A program made the position numbers and the translations under genes. A DNA stretch of 36,596 nucleotides from IMG/VR virus record IMGVR_UViG_3300028603_000003, one strand, 5' to 3'. Each line of letters begins with the position of its first letter. Position 1 is the stretch's first letter. The notes beneath the pieces were generated by a model that made no database searches, was not told the DNA's origin, and worked only from the letters and a program-made list of their open reading frames with translations. This document shows positions 28,194 to 34,483 of this stretch, piece after piece. The DNA comes from a virus. Its lineage: Duplodnaviria; Heunggongvirae; Uroviricota; Caudoviricetes.

Positions 28194-28239
28194 GCACAGA
28201 AAGGATTATACCTAACCGTGCCTTTCGTGTCAACTACCT
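28194..28239 (-). repeat. 46-bp promoter/hairpin module, copy 2
   Basis: Near-identical to 20607-20652. Confidence 0.9.
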
Positions 28240-28263
28240 GCGTAAACTTCTACAATGTCGCGT

Positions 28264-29334
28264 TTAGCTTGCCTCGATGCCGAAGGTGTGGAACCACTTG
28301 CGTGCGCGGGTTGAAAGCAGACTGCCGACATCCTTCATCGTAAGGCCAGATGCTTCAAGGGTGTCTGCTTCTTCGCGAGCAATATCAGATGAAATCCACT
28401 TAACAAAATGTCCAGTAGCCTTCATATCTGCGATGATTCCTTCGCGGCGAAGAACTTCAAGCCCTTGCCTCAGTCGATTTTCAGTGACAGTGTTTTCCAC
28501 AAACTCTTCAATGGACTTTACCTTCTCAACATCAACTGCGGCAAGAGTCTTAACCTTGGAAACAGAGTGCTTCTCGCCCTTTACCTTAAACACATGTCCG
28601 CCGTGATCCTCTTCGGAAACCCATACAATTCCCTCGCCGACAGTGTTCTCCGTTACCCCAAAGAACTTGCCGACAGGACAATTGGCCTCGACCTCTTCGG
28701 TTAGCCTAACAAGCTCGTTTTGAACTGCTTCTGGATTCGAAAAGTCAATCTCTACTTCATACTTCCCAAACTGGAAAATATTGTAGAAGTTAATTGAATT
28801 GTCATAGATCAATTCGTCATCAAAAATTAAACATTCTTCAAGATACTCAATCGGAACGTTTCGCACACGCCCGTCACAATATTTGATTCGAATTCCAAAA
28901 AGAACGAAAATTTTATTCGGAAGGTAAGAAACGGCAACGCCCTTTTGGACGTTTGGTCCACACCATTCTCCGAAGAAGTATACACTCTCGATGTCAGCGG
29001 CATCCGCAAAAATTAATTGGTCAAAGAAAATTTCCTTCAACGCTTCCTTGTTTTCTTCGACGTAGTTCCAAAAGCCAAAGTTCGTGTTGCCAGAACCCAG
29101 AACCTGAGAACGAGATTGCGCCCAGATTTCTCCGGTTTTGGGGTTGAATCCAATACCAGCGTTTGTTCCGTGAATCTTCACAGTGCCGGTAAATTTGATC
29201 TTCGGCATCGATGCATCTCGGTTGACGATGACATTTCCTTCTTCGTCTTTACCAACATATTGTGCTCGCATGCGAACTTCCTTTACCACATGTCGGAATT
29301 GTTCAATCGAAGGCCACTCAAGAAATTTACTCAT
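28264..29334 (-). CDS. RNA ligase, Rnl2 family
   Basis: Motif I KIHGTN, QSR, FGEWCG, GEGIVW and FKVK. Confidence 0.88.
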   Translation of the reverse strand: MSKFLEWPSIEQFRHVVKEVRMRAQYVGKDEEGNVIVNRDASMPKIKFTGTVKIHGTNAGIGFNPKTGEIWAQSRSQVLGSGNTNFGFWNYVEENKEALKEIFFDQLIFADAADIESVYFFGEWCGPNVQKGVAVSYLPNKIFVLFGIRIKYCDGRVRNVPIEYLEECLIFDDELIYDNSINFYNIFQFGKYEVEIDFSNPEAVQNELVRLTEEVEANCPVGKFFGVTENTVGEGIVWVSEEDHGGHVFKVKGEKHSVSKVKTLAAVDVEKVKSIEEFVENTVTENRLRQGLEVLRREGIIADMKATGHFVKWISSDIAREEADTLEASGLTMKDVGSLLSTRARKWFHTFGIEAS

Positions 29335-29339
29335 AATAA

Positions 29340-29486
29340 TCAGTCCTTTTTGAAAAACTGTTGAATGTTGTACATAAAGTTATTGACATTGTAAGCCATG
29401 TATCCAGACACAACCCTAGTAGCTTCGAATGGGGTCTTGGAGCTTACAAGCTTTTTCCAAAAGTAGAATGGAGTCAGTTTTTGCAT
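29340..29486 (-). CDS. 48-aa hypothetical protein MQKLTPFYFWKK...
   Basis: Fills the gap before the ligase; ATG overlaps a -10 box. Confidence 0.4.
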   Translation of the reverse strand: MQKLTPFYFWKKLVSSKTPFEATRVVSGYMAYNVNNFMYNIQQFFKKD

Positions 29487-29490
29487 TATA

Positions 29491-29586
29491 TCAAACCTTG
29501 AATTTGCAGTCAACACACTTTACAACCATGTGTTTTTTCTTTTTGTTAAATTTGTACACCAGCATTCCACCGCACTGAGGGCACAT
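29491..29586 (-). CDS. 31-aa Zn-ribbon peptide MCPQCGGMLVYKFNKKKKHMVVKCVDCKFKV
   Basis: AGGA SD; CxxC...CxxC. Confidence 0.55.
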   Translation of the reverse strand: MCPQCGGMLVYKFNKKKKHMVVKCVDCKFKV

Positions 29587-29599
29587 GTTTGTCGTCCTA

Positions 29600-29914
29600 T
29601 CAAGTATGTTCAATGATTTCGATGTCTGTCAGTTCCCGAATGGCTTCGGTACACACAGGGCATGGCTTAGCTGGAGCAGGATTGCCGTTTTTATAAAACC
29701 TAGAAACAAAGATTCTGTGTGCTTTGGACAGATCACGGCACTTGAGAATAGCGTCGACCTCTGCGTGCAAAAACACTTTGTCTGGAAGTCCTACCTTGCT
29801 AGCCATCTTAGCCATAACGGTATGCGTTTTGACGTAAGAGTTCTTGCCAATCGAAAGAATCCTCCCCTTTTTATCGTAGATCACAGCAGTTATATCAAAA
29901 CGCACTTTACACAT
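29600..29914 (-). CDS. cytidine/adenosine deaminase-fold protein
   Basis: LHAE...KPCPVC zinc-deaminase motif. Confidence 0.85.
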   Translation of the reverse strand: MCKVRFDITAVIYDKKGRILSIGKNSYVKTHTVMAKMASKVGLPDKVFLHAEVDAILKCRDLSKAHRIFVSRFYKNGNPAPAKPCPVCTEAIRELTDIEIIEHT

Positions 29915-29970
29915 AAAATTCCATCTAAATCACAGTTTGTAGTATAGCACCACCAAATCTTGAAGTCAAC

Positions 29971-29993
29971 AAAAAGCCCGCACTGGGCGGGCT
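29971..29993 (-). terminator. intrinsic terminator after the Ro60-like gene
   Basis: AGCCCGC-CCAGT-GCGGGCT-TTTT. Confidence 0.8.
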
Positions 29994-29998
29994 ATTCT

Positions 29999-31387
29999 TT
30001 AAATCCAGCGAGTGTATCGTGGAGAGTTGATCGCTTCCAACATGATGTCCGCAGGGGTTACATTCTTAGCTGCCAGAATGCTCTTAACCACAGAAGGCGA
30101 AGCTCCAGATACAAGCCCAACCCCCTCAACGTTGGCCTTCACAGGGACCGAAGTTTGTGCGGCTGCAATGTTCCACCAAATCAGATTTGGGGTCTTGTAA
30201 CCATACAGAGCAAACTCTGCGTCAATCTTCGCCTTGAGGGCGTCATCCCAGTGGAATGCCTTTCCGTTGAACTGCATGTCAGACATGATCAACAGATACT
30301 CAGGCATCTCTTCTTGAGGGACTTTCCCGGCTTTCGCCACATTCAGAATCTCTCGGAAAGCTGCATCTAGGTTTGTTGAAAACCCAACGTTTTGCTTTAC
30401 GTTAAGAAACTTTGTTAGCAAGTCTCCGTTGGCTAGGGTTGCTAGTCGAGGACGCTCAGTGAAAGTGAGATACAACCCGTTGAACTTCCCTTGTTGCTTT
30501 TCGGCAATGTACATCCCAAGAGAAATCGCGATGTCCATGCAAGAGAGGCTAGAGCCATGGGCCTGAATGGACATTGAACCAGAAACGTCGATCATCGGAA
30601 GAATCTTTGCTTCACCGACATAATCGGGAAGTGCCTTCCACTGTTCGTTTGCAACAACCCGGTCGCCACGGATGGCAGACATAACAACGTCGTAAGGGAA
30701 AACTGCCGAAGCGTTGATCTTTGTTTCGCCCTTGACCAGACTATCGCGATATCGAGCGTAAGCTTCAGGAGCATTACGGTTGAAAGCCTTTTGATACCGA
30801 GCAGAAGCTACCGACGGAACGTGTGCAAAAACAATGTCGTTCCACTGCTTAGCACACATAGAAGTTTCGACAACATTGGTCAGAGTCGAAAGCATCTTGC
30901 GATACTGCTTCGAGTTCAAGCCAAGGAAGTTGCGGAAATCCTTCGCAACATCCGCTTTTGCAGACTTCTCACGAGGACACCACTTTGCTGCCAGTGAAGC
31001 TGTGTTTGGATCGGCAAGCGCCTTCTGAAGTTGCACAAACCCATGAAACTTAAATTCTGGGGACTTGAAACAGAACAGGTCATCGTAGCGACCGACCTCG
31101 GCGATTGCAGGAATCAGAGAAAAAAGAATCTCGCGAGATTGGTCTGAATAGGATTCCAGAAAGTTCAGGAAGTTGCGGAACTGTTGACGTTCGCCTGCAC
31201 CGCCTCGAACATCCCGCAGCCAAAGGCCAAGTCGAGCAGTTAGAATGGGGTAAGCATCAAACGCTTTGCGGAATTCAGATTCCAGATTCTTGCCGCGAGA
31301 AGCGCCAGCAAGAAAGAAAAGATCGACAACAGGCTTGATTGTGTTTTGTTCGTTGTCGTTTTGTACAGCTTGTGCAAAAGTTGCCAT
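29999..31387 (-). CDS. TROVE/Ro60-like helical + vWA protein (DUF2828-type)
   Basis: RDVRGGAGER, GRYDDL, AAKWCPRE, YRKML, VPSVA; MIDAS DVSGSM; LTF, STNL, SDMQF and WN motifs. Confidence 0.85.
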   Translation of the reverse strand: MATFAQAVQNDNEQNTIKPVVDLFFLAGASRGKNLESEFRKAFDAYPILTARLGLWLRDVRGGAGERQQFRNFLNFLESYSDQSREILFSLIPAIAEVGRYDDLFCFKSPEFKFHGFVQLQKALADPNTASLAAKWCPREKSAKADVAKDFRNFLGLNSKQYRKMLSTLTNVVETSMCAKQWNDIVFAHVPSVASARYQKAFNRNAPEAYARYRDSLVKGETKINASAVFPYDVVMSAIRGDRVVANEQWKALPDYVGEAKILPMIDVSGSMSIQAHGSSLSCMDIAISLGMYIAEKQQGKFNGLYLTFTERPRLATLANGDLLTKFLNVKQNVGFSTNLDAAFREILNVAKAGKVPQEEMPEYLLIMSDMQFNGKAFHWDDALKAKIDAEFALYGYKTPNLIWWNIAAAQTSVPVKANVEGVGLVSGASPSVVKSILAAKNVTPADIMLEAINSPRYTRWI

Positions 31388-31409
31388 GATTTATTTCCTC
31401 TTCAATTAC

Positions 31410-31481
31410 CAGTTTGATGTGCTGGTTTGCTTTTCCAGCTTTGATTACAATGGTAGCTTATTTTGTTGCTGAAATCAAACT
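31410..31481 (-). ncRNA. candidate Y-RNA-like ncRNA, unit B
   Basis: AGTTTGAT-TTCAGCAA...ATCAAACT-G with 8-bp closing stem; internal GCTGG/CCAGC hairpin. Confidence 0.6.
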
Positions 31482-31485
31482 AAAA

Positions 31486-31552
31486 CAGGATCGCTAGTTT
31501 TTACATTTTACATAAGAAGTGTAGTGTAGTTTAAAGTTTGCTGAAACGATCC
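31486..31552 (-). ncRNA. candidate Y-RNA-like ncRNA, unit A
   Basis: GGATCG-TTTCAGCAAA...CGATCC-TG. Confidence 0.6.
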
Positions 31553-31567
31553 ATTCTTTTGAAATTT

Positions 31568-31643
31568 TGGAGCGGGTAGCCGGTAACGATCCGGTCTATT
31601 CAAGTTTGGAAGACTCGCGTGTATCCATAAACACCTTACCCGC
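31568..31643 (-). tRNA. tRNA-Gly(TCC), atypical T-loop ATCGTTA
   Basis: GCGGGTA/TACCCGC acceptor, CT-TCC-AA loop, T73, CCA. Confidence 0.88.
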
Positions 31644-31647
31644 TTGA

Positions 31648-31746
31648 TGGAGGCTGAAGGAATCAAACCTTCGAGGGGCCGTCGCAGTTCAACTGAATCC
31701 ACAGTCTAGGTCGGAATCGAACCGACATCCTCTTCATTTAGCCCCC
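31648..31746 (-). ncRNA. tRNA-like RNA with Ala-type acceptor and two T-arms
   Basis: GGGGGCT/AGCCTCC-A; GTCGG-TTCGATT-CCGAC and GAAGG-TTTGATT-CCTTC; no D or anticodon arm. Confidence 0.7.
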
Positions 31747-31756
31747 AACTAATTTT

Positions 31757-31830
31757 TGGTGCCCCCACTCTGAATCGAACAGAGGATGTCGGGTTACAAA
31801 GCCGAAGTTATACCACTTAACTATAGGGGC
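31757..31830 (-). tRNA. tRNA-Thr(TGT)
   Basis: Cloverleaf, TT-TGT-AA loop, CCA. Confidence 0.9.
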
Positions 31831-31854
31831 GAAGGTTTGCTTGTCTCGTCAGAC

Positions 31855-31926
31855 AACGTGTGACAGGGATCGAACCTGCTGCCAAGGATTTTTGCCCCCG
31901 GAAGTCGCCAATGCTTCTCCACACAC
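31855..31926 (-). ncRNA. tRNA-like RNA / pseudo-tRNA with degenerate anticodon arm
   Basis: D-arm GAAG/CTTC and T-arm GCAGG-TTCGATC-CCTGT intact; anticodon region GGGGG-CAAAAA-TCCTT; no CCA. Confidence 0.6.
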
Positions 31927-32035
31927 AACAAACCAAATCTAGATGCACCATGTAATGACGATTTCTCGCTCATCGGGGTGAGTAAAGGCTCGCTGGCCCG
32001 ATTAAACATGCTTTCACTTACTAGCCAAGCATATA

Positions 32036-32437
32036 TTAAATCTTCTTCAAGTTCAAGATCACTTCTGTGGGGTCTTCGTCCCCAGTCTCGAACATTTTCC
32101 ACATCAACATCAAATCTTCATAATTCAACTTAACCCAGTCTAAGACTTCTTCAACTTCACTGGGTTTTAACTTAACCATTTTTGGTGTAAGTACCGTAGG
32201 AGTTTTAGAGACAGACACAACAAAGCTATCGTTTGCTGTCATCTTTCCTTTATTAGAAACTTTGATTCGAGGTCCGTGTTGTCCACCAACTTCTCCAAAC
32301 CAAATTACAACAGGCAATCCAGTTCTCTTAGGATGTAGATTAGCCATTTCATCGAGAAACCCATAAACAATCTTGAGTTCTTCGTCTAATAGCTTAACAG
32401 ACTGTAGGCTTTCTTGAAATTTCTTATCTACATCCAT
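32036..32437 (-). CDS. DUF4160-like protein
   Basis: EMANL...TGLPVVIW...HGPRIKV...WVKLNYEDL...W pattern. Confidence 0.7.
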   Translation of the reverse strand: MDVDKKFQESLQSVKLLDEELKIVYGFLDEMANLHPKRTGLPVVIWFGEVGGQHGPRIKVSNKGKMTANDSFVVSVSKTPTVLTPKMVKLKPSEVEEVLDWVKLNYEDLMLMWKMFETGDEDPTEVILNLKKI

Positions 32438-32450
32438 ATCTTAAATTCTG

Positions 32451-32469
32451 TGGCCTGCCCGGTAGGATT
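32451..32469 (-). pseudogene. isolated tRNA 3' end
   Basis: AAT-CCTAC-CGGGCAG-G-CCA with no matching 5' part nearby. Confidence 0.5.
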
Positions 32470-32550
32470 GGCATCTGCCAATATCAAAAGAAAAATATTA
32501 TTCGAACCTCAGTGTTAAATGCAATGCTTCACGACTCTACGGTTCGACTC

Positions 32551-32558
32551 TATAAATA
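32551..32558 (+). promoter_or_regulatory. T4-type late promoter for the antisense HNH gene
   Basis: Exact TATAAATA about 100 nt upstream of the + strand ORF. Confidence 0.55.
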
Positions 32559-32560
32559 TA

Positions 32561-32640
32561 TGGCGGGGCTGATAGGATTCGAACCTACATGCGTCCAATT
32601 ACGGTTTCTACAGTTTAGAAGACTGAGCCGATACAACCCC
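32561..32640 (-). tRNA. atypical tRNA-Arg(TCT) lacking a conventional D-arm
   Basis: GGGGTTG/CAGCCCC-G-CCA; CAGT-CTTCTAA-ACTG; GTAGG-TTCGAAT-CCTAT. Confidence 0.7.
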
Positions 32641-32657
32641 AACAAAAGGAACTTAAA

Positions 32658-33146
32658 ATGAATAACTGCTACCACTGCAACAAAGAAACCACAAACCCAA
32701 AATATTGCTCAAGATCGTGTGCTGCAAAAGAAAACAACAAAACACCGAAAAGAAAACTAACAAGAACTTGCTTAGAGTGTAGTGCACCTGTCTGGTCGTA
32801 CAGACATACCCGATGCGAAACACACTTCTTAGAATACAAAGCCAGAGGACACAAAGACAAAACCATCGGCGAATACAGAAATCTTTTGTCGGTCAAAGGA
32901 AAGCACCCATCATGGGTCAACTCACACATAAGAAACTTTGCTAGAAGTTGGCTAAAACACTTAAGAGATAGTCCTTGTCGCAAATGCGGATACGATAAGC
33001 ATGTAGAACTCGCACACATAAAGTCGGTTGCTAGCTTCCCAGACAGCGCACTTCTGTCTGAGGTGAATTCGGAAGAAAATGTTATACCACTGTGTCCAAA
33101 TTGTCATTGGGAATTTGACAATTTGCCTCGCTATGTGATTGATTGA
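32658..33146 (+). CDS. HNH endonuclease with N-terminal Zn fingers
   Basis: CYHC..YCSRSC; CRKCG...ELAHIK...N...LCPNCH; AAGGA SD. Confidence 0.88.
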   Translation: MNNCYHCNKETTNPKYCSRSCAAKENNKTPKRKLTRTCLECSAPVWSYRHTRCETHFLEYKARGHKDKTIGEYRNLLSVKGKHPSWVNSHIRNFARSWLKHLRDSPCRKCGYDKHVELAHIKSVASFPDSALLSEVNSEENVIPLCPNCHWEFDNLPRYVID

Positions 33147-33213
33147 TGTGCTTCCCACGCACGTTACCAGCATTAAAGCTTGGCGTCCTATAGGTTTCTA
33201 GACTAATCAATCA
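33139..33213 (-). ncRNA. 75-nt cloverleaf RNA, 8/4-like fold, CT-TTA-AT central loop
   Basis: TGATTGAT/ATCAATCA, GTCT/GGAC, CCA(A)GC/GCTGG, GTGC/GCAC; own promoter. Confidence 0.55.
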
Positions 33214-33224
33214 AATCAACATCT

Positions 33225-33253
33225 ATTGTACTGCAAATCTAACTTAAAGTCAA
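33225..33253 (-). promoter_or_regulatory. sigma70 promoter
   Basis: TTGACT-17-TACAAT. Confidence 0.75.
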
Positions 33254-33266
33254 CTACTTTAAAACT

Positions 33267-33480
33267 CAGGAAAAGGATTCCGCTTACTTTAAAACTCAGA
33301 CCACGGTTCTGACTAAGTTCGAGATACCTTTCTGGAATCAATATCCCACCATGGCTGAGAGCACCCACAGTTTACTCGGAACTGCGACCCAGTAAGAACC
33401 CACCAACTAACCGTTACCAAGTTGGCTTTGTCTTACAGCCTAACATATATTATTCATTAAGTGTTTGCTGAACTTTTCCT
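33267..33480 (-). ncRNA. candidate Y-RNA-like ncRNA, long unit C (214 nt)
   Basis: AGGAAAAG-TTCAGCAAA...CTTTTCCT-G; several internal stems. Confidence 0.6.
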
Positions 33481-33552
33481 TTAAAACTCTAGGAGTATTA
33501 AGTCGCGGTAGAACCTAGCTTCACCTTTGACTTTGTTTCTGCTACAGGAAGA

Positions 33553-33581
33553 ATTATCTCACACTCCCCATAACAAGTCAA
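33553..33581 (-). promoter_or_regulatory. sigma70 promoter upstream of unit C
   Basis: TTGACT-17-GATAAT with an extended -10 TG. Confidence 0.65.
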
Positions 33582-33590
33582 CAACTTTAT

Positions 33591-33663
33591 TTTGAGTGGC
33601 AGGGATCGAACCTGCGACCTTTGCGCTCGTCACGCAATTATCTCACCACTGATATACACTCAA
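33591..33663 (-). tRNA. atypical tRNA, nominal anticodon ACG (Arg), G at position 33, no encoded CCA
   Basis: TTGAGTG/CACTCAA, TATC/GATA, TTGCG-TGACGAG-CGCAA, GCAGG-TTCGATC-CCTGC. Confidence 0.7.
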
Positions 33664-33667
33664 ACTC

Positions 33668-33789
33668 TGGAGGCGACGGTAGGATTCGAACCTACATTGG
33701 GTGCGCACCCAATCGGGGAGTTTTATCTTTCATCTAGAATCAAGATAAAACCTTATCCCGACCTGCATTGCCGTGTCTGCCACGTCGCC
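33668..33789 (-). ncRNA. 122-nt tRNA-Cys-like body with greatly extended anticodon arm
   Basis: GGCGACG/CGTCGCC-T-CCA, canonical T-arm; long hairpin GGTTTTATCTT/AAGATAAAACT in place of the anticodon arm. Confidence 0.72.
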
Positions 33790-33796
33790 TCTGTTC

Positions 33797-33889
33797 TGGC
33801 GGAAGGTGTGAGATTCGAACTCACGGAGGATGTTCAGTCCCCGACGGTTTTCAAGACCGTTGCAATAAACCGGACTCTGCCAACCTTCC
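33797..33889 (-). tRNA. tRNA-Ser(TGA)
   Basis: CT-TGA-AA loop, long variable arm, G73, CCA. Confidence 0.95.
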
Positions 33890-33916
33890 AAACTCTAATT
33901 GTACTACATAATTTAC

Positions 33917-34002
33917 TGGTGGGCAAGGTAGGATTCGAACCTACTCAGCCAGCGGCGTCAGATTTACAGTCTGATACATCTCTCCAACTATGTCGCTTGC
34001 CC
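33917..34002 (-). tRNA. tRNA-Tyr(GTA)
   Basis: CT-GTA-AA loop, variable arm, CCA. Confidence 0.95.
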
Positions 34003-34023
34003 TTCTAAACTGGCTCGTTTAAG

Positions 34024-34443
34024 TCACGGAATTATTCCGTTGTACCAGCCCAGTTGTAATGCAGTCCTTCTTCGATGACAGTTAGCGCAGAGAACTCTGC
34101 ACTTGCCAATCTCTTTTTTTATTGTTTCCAACGAGCAACCATACATAACAGAAACAGAATTTCTTTTATTGTTCTGGTCCAAGTGGTCAAACTCTAATAC
34201 CACAGGGTCAGGTTCCCCACACACTTCACAAGGATGAATCTTTAGGTAATCCCATATGTATTGTTTGTTTTGTTTTTCCCTAATTTTTTGCAATTCATGT
34301 TTTCTTGCTTTTGTCTCTACATTTCTATTTTTGTGAAACTCTCTGTCGTATGCTCTCCTACACGATCTACAGATCGCCATTCTCTGTCCGTATGGCTCAT
34401 ACTGCGCTCCACATTTATTACAAGTTTTTAATTCTGACATCAC
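34024..34443 (-). CDS. HNH endonuclease-like protein
   Basis: CNKC, CRSC; CEVCGE...LEFDH...KCRVLCANCH. Confidence 0.88.
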   Translation of the reverse strand: MMSELKTCNKCGAQYEPYGQRMAICRSCRRAYDREFHKNRNVETKARKHELQKIREKQNKQYIWDYLKIHPCEVCGEPDPVVLEFDHLDQNNKRNSVSVMYGCSLETIKKEIGKCRVLCANCHRRRTALQLGWYNGIIP

Positions 34444-34483
34444 AAAATAACCTGTTTAATAAACACAACAAATAGAAAATACA

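Noticed and set aside
8105-31472. Many + strand ORFs opposite the - strand genes (e.g. 8606-9211, 20514-21194, 23799-24245)
   Set aside because: Antisense shadows of well-supported genes with no motifs
31410-31552. CRISPR mini-array from the repeated TTGCTGAAA
   Set aside because: The shared core is only 8-9 nt, the flanks pair with each other rather than repeat, and no cas genes are present
31648-31746. True tmRNA
   Set aside because: Only 99 nt, with no tag ORF or pseudoknot region
31948-32010. Hammerhead ribozyme
   Set aside because: The core reads CCGATGAG rather than CTGANGA, and GAAA is a tetraloop, not a junction strand
33592-34008. 138-aa + strand ORF (also 31508-31702, 31821-32102, 34940-35230, 35574-35891)
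   Set aside because: These overlap tRNA/ncRNA genes and are chance frames
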